DNA of 45,074 bases, filler included, from Jimgerdemannia flammicorona (taxonomy: Eukaryota): NCBI GenBank assembly GCA_003990765.1. It is 2 parts of 2 records of this genome, joined end to end, with 100 filler letters (N's around TTAATTAATTAA, not from the genome) between each part and the next. Parts side by side here need not be neighbours in the genome. Positions count along the whole stretch, not along the records: positions 1 to 22,490 come from RBNJ01001268.1; 1 more part is not named here. One strand, written 5' to 3'. The notes under the pieces were generated by a model. It saw only the letters and a program-made list of their open reading frames with translations. It was not told the origin of the DNA and did not search any database. A program made the translations under genes and the position numbers. Below, piece by piece: positions 1-11,039 of the stretch. Within the stretch, counting starts at the first letter, position 1; each line of letters begins with the position of its first letter.

Positions 1-1175
1 TTTTTAATGGACTCAATGTCTCGCAGATTTTTATTGGAAGGGAATCTAGATTATATAGGCCAAAACCCTCCCTCACCACCCATCAAGCACTGTCCCCTTA
101 TTAACCTAGGCTAACTATTGTCCAGTAGCTCAACTATGCCAGGTGCAGCAGGGCCTATGTTGGCCCATATCTTATTCTATATATCATGCTGTCCTTACCA
201 TCAGGGGGAATTCAGCTATACCACTAATGACTGAAAGCATATGCCCAAAACCCCAATGTATGTACAAGGCTATGCTTGAGTTGAATAGAAAAGTCCCTGC
301 CATCCCAAAGAGAATGACAGGCAAAGAAAAACCCTCATCAAAGTACATCATGGTGGGTAGGGCCAGTTCTCCCAGTTGAGGTAAGTAGAGGACTTATATG
401 TGAGATGGGAGGAGACCCCCAATATTCCACTACTCAAGCCTGTAGATCTTGATCACATTGCTATATCAGCTCCTGGTTCTAGTTGAGTGTAGCCAAAATA
501 TCTGAAATAGATAGTCTTGGGCCCCCTAACCTCCCCCTCAATGATCAGAGTCCAACTTACCAAATTGTCAAAAGAAGTTGAGAGTGATACCTACTATCTA
601 ACCACTCTGTACCAATCAAAAGACCCTACCAAAGCAGCACCTACCCCAGCCCCAATGACTGTCCCCAGCCTGGCATCCTACTGGTTCGCTGTAATTGCTC
701 TTCTATCTATCTGTGATAGCCATCTCCTCTCTCATCCTGACAATATCCAAAAAACAGTCACCTACACCAGAACTGTACTTACCAGGAAGCTCACCAAAGC
801 CAGAGGGTCTCACTACAGATACTGAGAACCTGCAGGTAATCTACACTGAGTACTTGATATCCAAGGTCAACCAACTTCCTACATAATCTGTGATGTATCA
901 AGATAATACCTTATTGGTAACAGCAAAAGGAAGAAGGTGCTATACTAAAATGAGTATACCTTAGATATAGCTAAAGGTATCAGAAACTATAAAAAAGTAG
1001 AGAAGATATCAATCAGATACTGATAAAAGGGCAACTCATCACTATTGCCTCTCTTCTACTACTCTACAATAGGTACAGCAAACCAATCCAAGGTAGAGAG
1101 GGTAATAATTGTAGAAAGTGGACTTGAAAGGTTGTTTACCAAACTATTATAACTGATAAGATAGTGGAGAAAGAG
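1..1175 (-). mobile_element. ~1.17-kb repeat, probably a non-autonomous or 5'-truncated non-LTR retroelement (CpG-decayed copy)
   Basis: Reverse complement aligns along its length with 43910-45074 (e.g. ttttattggaagggaatctagattatataggccaaaaccctcc). On the - strand it ends with AATAAA and then ...gagtccattaaaaa at the contig edge, like a poly(A) end. Confidence 0.7.
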
Positions 1176-1276
1176 AATAAACCTATACATTTCTTATCAA
1201 ATCTTATATTACTGTATAAGTCTAAATTAAGATACAAGTCCTGTAAGAGAGTAGGCTCTGCACTAATCCTTTCAGA

Positions 1277-1808
1277 CTAACTCTTAGTAAGATAATAAAG
1301 AAGAATATTGTGAGTACTATTGAAATTACAGTCAAGCTTTATCTGATATACTGAACAGTAAAATACCTTGGACCCACTTAGGCCATGGTGGAGATATTCA
1401 TAGCATCTATATGTCTTAGAAGTATATTTTTTTGTATAGAGAATAATCTAACACTATGGGTATTTGAGTGCCTTATATGTATATCAGATGCTGTTGAAAA
1501 CAGAAGTATGACTATATATATATTACTTATATAATCTTAGAATGAATATGATGTTGCCTTTGTCTGACTATCCCCTATATATAGAACTCTGGCAGAAGAA
1601 TGATATAATAGTTCTCATATAGCTACTATGTGAGCTTGTAATAATAGTTATTAATTAAATATCAATTTTTTTTATAAATATACAATATGATATACTGCAA
1701 TCTATAAATAGCAATTTTGTATATAAGTTTGTATAAGTAAATAAAATACTTCAGCAAAAATGATATCTGTTCAAATACATGACAAACTATCCTAGACTGA
1801 TCTGTAGC
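1277..1808 (-). pseudogene. Fanzor2/TnpB-like nuclease, C-terminal part (RuvC-II, Zn finger, RuvC-III)
   Basis: The - strand reads YENYYIILLPEFYI*GIVRQRQHHIHSKII..SYFCFQQHLIY / KALKYP*C*IILYTKKYTSKTYRCYEYLHHGLSGSKVFYCSVYQIKLDCNFNSTHNILLYYLTKS*. This is a C>T/G>A-decayed form of LPEF...EEYTSKTCxxC...CxxC...DRDxNGARNI. Confidence 0.88.
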
Positions 1809-2739
1809 TAGTGCTCCAAACAGATGAAGTTGATCTAGATGAGATTCAATTCAGATTTGTCATATGATAGATTTGAATCAACTCAGATTAGTCTTATAAT
1901 TTGATCCAGATTGATCTGGATTGATCTAGATTGATCCATCTAGATTGATCCATCTAGATTGAAATCTTTAGTGACATCACTCTTTCTTTTGTTCATTTTC
2001 ACTCTTATTTTTTTTTCCTACCATATTTTAGTAATATCACCCTTTCTTTTGTTCTCTCTCTTCTTTTGTTCTTTTTTTATTCTTTTTCTTTATTCTTTTT
2101 TCTTTCCTGCCATATTATGAGCAAACAAAACAGCAGTTCTTAATTATATGTTAATCTAGTCTACTCATTTTTTACCCTGCAATAATCATCAAAAAAGGGA
2201 GTATTCAAAGTGAAAATACACTCTCTACTGATAATATTAGATTCTTTCTCATATGGGCAGCACACAAGCTGCTCATCAAGAGCCAAAGGAGTAATAGTAG
2301 TGGTAATAGTGGTAGCAATAGTAATGGTAGTAGTGATGGTAGAGATGAAGAAGAATTCTGACAACAACTCACAGTAGTCCTTCAGACCTCAGAATTCACA
2401 GACCTCATAGCTATATATATAGCAGCCTTTTTAGAACAGCTGATAGTAGATGTAGATTGCTCACTCTGCTGCTACTTGTTTACTTATGTTTATTTAAATT
2501 TCCCCAATATAACTCAATTCACCTTATGCTTTTTTTAGAGTTTATAGCTCTATGGTGAGATCTGCTGACTTTATTCACAATATCTGGTCAAGCTAAAGAA
2601 AGGCTGGCAGATGTTGCAGGGCATACCTTTGGTGGCTGAGTTGTTGAGTCAATGTATCATATAGCAGAGGTCTCAAAAGGAATAGAAGTAAGCCTTTATG
2701 AGCAATCTTGTATAACTCATATAACTCATGCAATTCATT

Positions 2740-2960
2740 AGCATGTAACTCATCTACATGCAACTTACTCACTCACTCACTCATGCTCTTTTTCTGAAAT
2801 ACCCATCTCTATGTTTTATTTAACTTCATTTTTTACATAGTCTTCTCTTAAAAAACACCCATATCTATATATAATCCATCTGCATATAATCTGTCCACAT
2901 GCAACCCATCTGCATGTAACTCATCTACATGCAACTCATCTATATGCAACCCATCTACAT
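2740..2960. repeat. 15-bp tandem repeats (catgcaactcatcta-like)
   Basis: Seen directly; they produce the spurious DELHV-type repeats in ORF 2848..3030. Confidence 0.7.
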
Positions 2961-3039
2961 ACTTATCTTGGCCCCTCAGATCAGGGCTCAGTTCTATTGG
3001 AAAGAAGAGTTCAAAGTTATCTGAGTTCAACCATATCTA

Positions 3040-3935
3040 GCATCTGATCAAATAGAGAAATTTGAGGGTAAGATATTCAGCATGAGTAGTATCAGCATTA
3101 TTTCAAGGCTTGGGAGTCTATATTCAAATTAGAGCTAATTGTTCTTGACCAAGGGGTCCATTGGCCAGCAAGAGTAACCAATGATGAAGAGAACCATATT
3201 ATTATTAATGAACACAGAGAGATGGTTATAATGGTGATAAGGAATCTCTATGGCAATGAGCTTCACTACCACATCAACAAGATTTGCAAGAATTGTATCA
3301 AATACCAGGTAGCAGAAAAGAGGGGGTGAAAAAATCAAGAAGGGGGGGTTTGGACACAAATTGGATATACTACAACACTGGTAAAGGGTGGGTTCCAGAG
3401 TTCTGAAATCTTCTGCACTCATCTCTCTTTTTTTTACTCCTTCCCAGATAATCACACTCTTCACTAACATACTCTTTTTGATACAATTCCAGAGATGTAT
3501 AAGATTCTATATCTCTACCAGAACTTTAGAAGTACTGTCAAAGAGCAAACTGTACATAAGCATAATATGGTCTGTATGATAATAGCAGCTATGATCTGGG
3601 GTTCTTTGAGCAGATTAGTAGAGTATATGACAGGTCAGCTTAGTGGTGATCTCAACACAGCTATATATACATTCTTGGCACAATTTAGCATACCATATGA
3701 GGTAAGGAGCTCTGCTTTTTTGGGGTGCTGCAGCCAGGGAGATTTCTGTAGCCCAGGGGGTTTCTGCTCTCCTATATATAAAAAGAACTGACCAAATACT
3801 ATCTATCTAGTAGGTTTCCAAGCTGGGGCTCTTAGGGCTGGACCAAGGACAGCATCTACCAGCACAGCTTAGTAGTATAAGATTCTGGGCTAAGGGTTCA
3901 CCCAACTATATGCTCATATCACATTAGGATATATC
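3040..3935 (-). mobile_element. Possible 5' fragment (UTR + ORF1 start) of a LINE nested in the hAT element
   Basis: Shares gttgggtgaacc and weak upstream similarity with the 5' region of the LINE at ~27200-27250; decayed - strand ORF at 3135..3470. Confidence 0.3.
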
Positions 3936-4440
3936 AGATACAATATTTCTCTACTTATATATACAGATAATAATATCACTCTGGTAATATTCTATATTCT
4001 GGAAAAGAAGGGCCCAATCTGGGAGGATAGTGACAAAGTCTGGTATAATCTCATCTATGGTTTTGAGGTCTCATTTGTGGCCAATATAATCATCCTATTT
4101 CAACTATACAACCACTATAGTACCATCACCTTTGAGAAGAGCTTGAACATAATAGTCATCATACTTACAACAGATGATAGGCTCATCAAGACCTGGGACT
4201 GATGGGTGGAGTAGTTTTTGTAAGGGTTAGGCAATCTTTTATAAGAGTTTAGCAGTCATTTTGTACAGGTTGGGCTGGCAGCTGAGTACCTCTTCTATAG
4301 TACTAGTTTAGCTGTTATGTCAGGCCCTACTAGCCCCTTGGTCCTACTCTTGTAGTGCTGCTGATGTAATGCTGTGATGTAGGACCAGAGTGCCCATAGG
4401 ACTCAAACTAGTGATGGAGCTCAAATCTGTAGTGGACTTC

Positions 4441-4545
4441 AACTGCCAGAAGTACCCTCTGACTGTCATAAATACTCTCCGACTGCCAGAAGTACCCTCT
4501 GATCACCAGAAGTACCCTCTGACTACCAGAAGCACTCTCTAACCT
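4441..4545. repeat. ~20-bp tandem repeat (ctgccagaagtaccctctga), about 5 copies
   Basis: Seen directly. Confidence 0.8.
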
Positions 4546-4561
4546 GAACTTGGACTCCTTG

Positions 4562-5165
4562 GTGGCTTGGAGCTACCCCTATGCTGTTGGCAGAGGGCCA
4601 CAAATTTTGCACACTCCCTCTACCAACCCTACCAACCCCCGACCTAGACACAGGCTGCTGGGGGGAGCCCTATGCTGTTGGTGCTACAAATTTTGCACAC
4701 TCCCTTCACCTGTCCCATCCATCCCAGACACTTGTGGCTTGGGGCTATCCCTTGCTGCTAGTAGAGAGCTGTAAATTTTGCATGCTCTCTCCACTGATCC
4801 TATACCCACTAATCCTACCAACCAACTCTACTCACTAACCCAGATACTGACAGCTTGGGGCTGCCCCTTGCTATTGGTAGAGGGCTGCAAATTTTGCATA
4901 CTCTCTCCACCTACCCCCCCTCTCTACCAACTCCTCCATCCTGGATACTTATGGCTTAGAGCTACCCCTTACTGCCAGTAGAGGACTATAAATTTTATAT
5001 GTTCTCTCCACTGACCCCACACCCACTGACCCATCCACTAATCTGAATACTGACAGCTTGAAGCACTGATAGCTTAGGGCTGTTCCTTATTGCTAGTGGA
5101 GGACTGCAAATTTTGCATGCTCTCTTTACTATTACCAACCCTACTAACTACTGTACTACTTAGAC
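4562..5165. repeat. Array of ~6 palindromic ~55-bp cores separated by variable C-rich spacers
   Basis: Core ggcttggggctRccccttgctgYtggtagagggctgcaaattttgcatgctctctccac recurs at ~4562, 4652, 4735, 4852, 4951 and 5070. Confidence 0.8.
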
Positions 5166-6673
5166 TGCAAACTCTAGACTGAGTCCTCAGGTTTTTTTTT
5201 CTTTTATTTTTGAAAGATATTAAATATTCCACAAGGTCAACCAACTTATCCATGAACTCCCAGGATCTGCCAAATTTTAGCAGCCTGAGCCTCACCAAGA
5301 CTTCAGATATATATATACTCAGATTATCTCAGTATTCAGTGTATACCTCTTTGGGGCAATAAGGTCTACTCTATCTGAGAACACTCACTCAACAGAAGCA
5401 CTGGAGGCAGAAATTACCAGATAGTCCTGAGTCATACCATATAGGCTGGGGAAGTCTGTTTGATGCAGCTGCACACTTCAGTGGGTAGAGTGGTAGTTAG
5501 ATTGGTGGGTTAAATTGATCCAATACCTGCCTGACAATCCACCTTTTACTAGTTGAGCATCTCTACACTCTCTAGCAGGATTATGTGATCACTGATAAGA
5601 TAAATAGTAAATTCATCTATTGATGGCAGCTCTTTTACTGATAGCTCTCTCTTCTTCTTTCTACTGAAGTAAATATGAGACAGAAGGAATCTCTCAGCAT
5701 ATTCATCTGAACTTCAGCCAGAACCTTGTAGTGGTACATAGTTTTTCCAGTACACTTTGATTATGACCTACTTGGTTCTCTCAATGAAGTGCTGCTCCTA
5801 GCCCTGATCTTTATGGTATTATAGCTTTAAGCATAGGTCCAGCACTGTTTAGAGAAAAGAGAGTGAGTTTTTGCAGAAGTTTCTCTATTTTGGAAGGAGC
5901 AATGACCATATGCTAATACCTGTACTGATTGAGTATATGGCAGTATCTGTTTTGGAGTAGTATTTTCTAAGCTTGCTTAGAGCAACCTCTATTACATCTC
6001 TCTAATCTGGGCTTAACCATAAATCACTATAATCCTTCAGCCTGTCCTTGAGCTTGTCCTCTAGTTGGTCAATCAGAAGGTTGTATACTGATATTGCAGA
6101 GCTTATTGTCAGGGTTATTTATTTGACTATATTCTTTATACAATCATCAAAACACTGGCAGTTATATATAGTGAAGTATTATATTGTACAGAGGTAGATA
6201 AAATAAGTATAGAGCCAGAGCAATCACTACTTACTTCCAAAACTCTGACAACATTCTTAGATATATCTCACTCACTTTCACCTAGAGCCTTGCTCTATAT
6301 TTCCTTATTAGTAGCCACTATTAAATCTATTGGCTTTTTTTATTTTTTATTTTTTTAAAAAAAAAACTTCAATTATCTAAAATAAGTTACTTCAGCCAAC
6401 CAAAGAAAAAAGAATGTATACTACAGCAAACTCCAGCACATGCTGGATCATTACAAATGTTGAGTTCCAACATATACAGATGTTCAATATAAGCTCTTTC
6501 AGGACTAAACTGATTGCTCTACACTACACAGCAAATTTATCTTATCATTGTAGAGATTATTGGACTAATACAACTAGTTTACATAGCTTAGAAATTATAC
6601 TCAGAGTCCCTCCTCTCTCAGATATTTTATCTATATATATAAGATAGTCCTGAATAGTAAGGTTCAGTATGTA

Positions 6674-8743
6674 TGTAAGCACACAACCTCCAAGCTACCG
6701 AAATCACATGTCACCCTCTGAATAAGTCACTGAAATCATATGTGATCTCTGAATAAATCTGGAAATCACCTACTTGATCACGAAGCTGAGTCAAACTGAA
6801 GTCACAGTGCACAAAGCTGAGTCAATATGAAGTCACAGAATACAAGATTCATACAAATGGAATCTTACCAATCAGGACCAAATATATATACCAGACACTG
6901 AGATATATCAAAACAGAGAATCAAAACAAATAACAACCACAACTTCCAAACACACAATATGACCACTGAGATCTACAATTATATCTGCACTGATATTTGG
7001 AATACCATTGTCAATCGAGCCACAGCTCCTCTACCCCTCATGAATATCCATAGCCTAGCACCCCTCTACTTCATGGAAGTCTGATGGAATGCCCTGAACA
7101 TACTTAATGAGGCCTATCGAATCAGACAAATCTCAAGCTACTACCAGATTGGCCGCCTCCTGGAAGACATGGTTGAACACCACCATGATACAGACATTAC
7201 CCAGATGTCTCAATACCAGAAGCTCATTGCTTGCAAATATAGAGAACTCTTCTATAAGTACAGTACCTTTATTTTCTGCCTCTAAGTTACTATCAGTAAA
7301 ATGGTTGCTACTCTGTCCTATGGCCAAATCGATAACATGATATAAGAACTCAACCACAAGTACCTTAAGTATATCCAGACTACAGACAGACCCTTCCCAC
7401 ACCCCAATGACCATATCCTACAAATGCCCCAAGTTGGATATACTATGAAGGATATCTACGATATAATCTGGTTTGATGAAGATAAAGTAGAAGACAATGA
7501 TCCCTTCGACACTAACATGACCCCAAGCCAAGGATCCCTGCCAACACTAATCACACCACCAACCTTGCTGATGAACTTACAACAGTTCATAACCACCTAC
7601 GAGACCTATTAGAACAATGACCACTGGTATGAATACCAATCTGTGTTCACCCCCAATTACTTCAACTACAATAAAGAGACTGGAGAATACAACCTGTACC
7701 TCCAGACAACTCTCGAGATTGAACCAACCACTCCACCACTCAAGTACAAGTGATATGAACTACAGCCACCAGCATACTACAACCCCATGACTCATAGTGC
7801 TGTAATCTATAGAAGGTCACAGATAGCGAATTTAATGAAAGTGAAGATGATGCACCACTCCTTTGCCCCCCAACACCTTATCCAGTATATGAGACAGACA
7901 ATGCTATCCTGTGGGATGGTAATGAAGTTCCAATGTATTACTATCTCAGCGAACAAGGAGAAGTAATCCACGAACTACTCTTCCTAGATAACTACTTCAT
8001 CAGAGATAATACAATTGATGGTGATGTCATCGAAGACTACCCAGACAGTGTCTAAACCTATAAATAGCTTAGCAGTCATAGTATAGTTAGATTAGCCTTA
8101 TACAATATGACTGTGAACTAACTCAGCAGTCAGATGATCTCTTGATATGTCAGATCACTCTTATACTATGTGACTGCATTCCGACTCAGCAAAGGCACTT
8201 AGTACTATATCCATATTTAGTATAGTTCAGATAACCCCTCACTAGTATAAATACCCCCTCCCCTAGACCTCAGAATCTCAGACTTAAAAGACTTGAACAA
8301 TCCAAATACAACTTCTGAGCACTTCTCTATAATATCCCTTTACACAACTACTCCTAGTATAGCAATATCATAAATAGCAAATAAACCTATTTAATAACCC
8401 ACAAATCACTTTTAAGTAAATTTACTCTCTGTTAGGTCCTACTTCTAACCCTATCATGAAATTTCCTAATTGAGTATTGTCTGCAGTAATACACCAATTC
8501 AACTAAGCTGGTCTTAGTTTCTTGAACTTCCTAAAATATGGAAAATCCTGAACATCCAGAACTAGTCCAAGAAAGGACTTTGGTTGAGACATCAATCCAA
8601 TCTTAAAATCAATAAGTATAGAGGACATACTCCATATGAAATTGATCTTGACTATAAGAAAACAGTCTTCCAGAACATCCAGAACTTCCAGAAAACCCTT
8701 CCAGAACTATGTAACGGTTACCCTAAAAAGCAACCCTCTTACA
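6674..8743 (+). mobile_element. 2.07-kb solo LTR
   Basis: Ends tgtaag...cttaca; 5-bp TSD atgta/atata. Removing it restores the transposase motif MQY*TYILNLTIQDYL (decayed RCxAHILNLAVQD). Confidence 0.85.
6959..8055 (+). pseudogene. ~365-codon accessory ORF of unknown function inside the solo LTR
   Basis: ATG at 6959 downstream of a TATA-like tract (~6882). The frame is broken by a few TGA/TAA/TAG codons and one frameshift near 7820, and includes listed ORF 7424..7612. Confidence 0.65.
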
Positions 8744-10009
8744 ATATAGGTCTAGTATTGCATATAGCAGATTTCTATACTAAAGGCCACATTTTCCTAT
8801 TTGAGGCTGACTGCTAAAACTTGGAAAAATGTTGAGTTGTTTGTGGCATTATCTGTTATAATAGTCAAAATATATACTTGAAATATTTGGTCAGCAAATT
8901 TATATAAAAATAAATAACTAATAAAATCTATTTTGTTTTAGAACCTCTTTTAAAATACTAACCTGATGACAAGTCTTCCTTTTTTATCTTGGTTGTGATC
9001 TCAAGCTTCTGGATACAACTAATAAAAGTATCTGCAATATTGTCTCCAGAATAAGGGCCAGCAAGTTTGATAAAGTCAAGAGTGAGAGATTTAAGCTGCC
9101 AATTGAGATCAATTCAATGACCAGTAATGCCTAGAAATTAAATTATATTGGGGAATGTCTATGTGTCAATCATAAATGAAATTTTGCCTACTGAATTCTG
9201 CTTATTGAATGTGAGGTTAAATTGATGAGCTCTTTATAAAAATATATATATAATTTAGCTTGCAAAAGTTATAGTACTACTCTTATTTTATCTAAAGTAT
9301 CTGGTGAAGATTGTTATACTCCTTTCTATAGGTCTCCAGGACATCTTTGCAAATAGTATTGATACTTAGCAAATATAAATCATGCTTGAGGAGGTCAAAG
9401 ATGCTATACAATTGATTACTTTTGATAGTTGTGAATAGCTGGTCTATACATACAATCTAGCAAATAAGTCAATTTCGAAATTCTGCTAAAGAGTATGGCT
9501 AAATATTTTTGATTAAATGAGATTGTTGGTATAGAAATGATCAGGCAATCAGATAAATATACCCACTATAGCTTAGATATTGATTTTATTTATCTTCATA
9601 TTCTTTTTGATTTTGTCAAAGTACTTGTCTTTTATGTATCAATATATGTTTGAAGTCATATCACCAAGCATTTTGAACTTCTAGCTGGTGCAGTTTATAG
9701 AGGTGGATGAAACAGTATCATGTATATATTAAACAAAAGTATTAGTTATATCAATAGATGCATCTTAATTTTTTATCTGCAATAATTACAAACAATATTA
9801 TCTCCTATCTTAGCATAATGTTGCCAGATTTCAAAGTAAGAATTGCATGGAAGGTGTGGAACTATTAGGAATGTTTGACTTGAAGCATCATTAGTACTGT
9901 AAACTGTTGAAGACTAATCTGTCAATATGTGTATTTGCATGTTTGTATATATATATATGTTTATATATATATATTATATATGTGGATATATCTAGCATAT
10001 AAGTCATGT

Positions 10010-10235
10010 GTAGGATTCAAATTGGAGGATTTAGTTGAAGGATTCAGATGAGGATTCAGATTGAAGGATTCAAATTAGAGGATTTGAATTAGAGGATTTA
10101 GATTGAGTAATTCAGATTGAGTAATTCAGATTAAGTAATTCAGATTGAGTAGTTCAGATGGGGTAGTTCAGATGGAGTAATTCAGATAGGTGATTTAAAT
10201 AGAGTAATTCAGATAGAGTAATTCAGATTAATCCA
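10010..10235. repeat. 14-bp subterminal tandem repeats of the hAT element (gagtaattcagatt-like)
   Basis: About 15 degenerate copies just inside the TIR. Confidence 0.8.
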
Positions 10236-10332
10236 AGTTGATTCAGATGGCTTTGGATTTGAGATTTAGATCAAACTATTATGTGATGAATCAAATCTAG
10301 ATTTGATTTGAATTGACTCATTTAGAGTACTA

Positions 10333-11039
10333 TCTGTAGTATTTACACTTATTTACCTTCTTATGAATACTGTCTTACTTATTCTATAGTATGTCATATA
10401 TATGGCTCAGTCTATAGATTTGGCAATATCATTCTTTTTCTATTTAATTACTAGTCTACTCAGATCATATTCAGTCATAAATATTTATATACTAAAATTT
10501 AATGTAATAACTTTGCACCTCTTTTATCAGATATAGGGCCTTGGTCCTTAACTTATATGTTGAGAAATATAGAAGATATAGAGATAGAATTTATTGAGAC
10601 AATTCATCACAAGCCAACTGTTATACCTAAGACTGGCTGGTAGAGACTCAGCAGATCTCATGTTGGAGAAGAATGCAAATTTGTCATATAATTTTCCCCA
10701 GTACTTAGAAAGTATTACAACTGACTGCTGATAGTTCTTTTTAAAATAAAACTTCATTTGAAATATCTTATATTTTGCTGCAAAGTTAGAGATATACCCC
10801 TTGAGAAGATCATTTATAGCCTCATCATGAATGTCATATAATATCTCCAGAACCCACTTATTATTATCTTTGAAGTTAGAGATATTGAGATACTATATCT
10901 GTAGATCTTTCTTATAATATTTTATATCTTTGTTTTGAACTGTAGTAAGGCACTGATTGTAGGTCTACTATGCCATCTCCATCTATGCTCTGAGCTTTTT
11001 CTGCTCTTTATATATAGGAAAAAGGCAGATGTGTTACAT
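10333..11039 (-). pseudogene. Fanzor2/TnpB-like nuclease, N-terminal part (HTH/WED-like region, RuvC-I)
   Basis: Reads M*HICLFPIYKEQKKLRA*MEMA**TYNQCL; MKFYFKKNYQQSVVILSKYWG..FAFFSNMRSAESLPASLRYNSWLVMNCLNKFYL; VITLNFSI*IFMTEYDLSRLVIK*KKNDI (decayed VIALDPGVRTFMTGYDPSG); IYRLSHIYD. Confidence 0.88.

Larger units (their letters stand above)
5290..9950 (-). pseudogene. hAT transposase (BED Zn finger, DDE core, dimerisation domain), intron-containing, split by a solo LTR
   Basis: The - strand shows IWQHYAKIGDNIVCNYC (BED); GKISFMIDT*TFPN..FLGITGH*IDLNWQLKSLTLDFIKLAGPYSGDNIA; IITDNATNN; KELILNICICWNSTF; KLRKYYSKTD..IYSISTVLDLCLKL; and FPSLYGMTQDYLVISASSASVE*VFS...LKSW. Confidence 0.92.
1809..10332 (-). 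mobile_element. hAT-superfamily DNA transposon (decayed, with nested inserts)
   Basis: TIRs tagtgctccaaa (1809) and tttagagtacta (ending 10332); 8-bp TSD tctgtagc (1801-1808) / tctgtagt (10333-10340); subterminal repeats at both ends; internal transposase remnant. Confidence 0.9.

Noticed and set aside
2600..2640. PATSAS as the hAT dimerisation domain on the - strand
   Set aside because: Context does not fit; the real dimerisation domain is at ~5290-5480.
2848..3030. Small repeat protein (DELHV repeats)
   Set aside because: The ORF is a by-product of a 15-bp tandem repeat inside a transposon.
4562..5165. CRISPR array
   Set aside because: Eukaryotic context, no cas genes, degenerate ~55-bp repeats, and low-complexity spacers that are partly related to each other.
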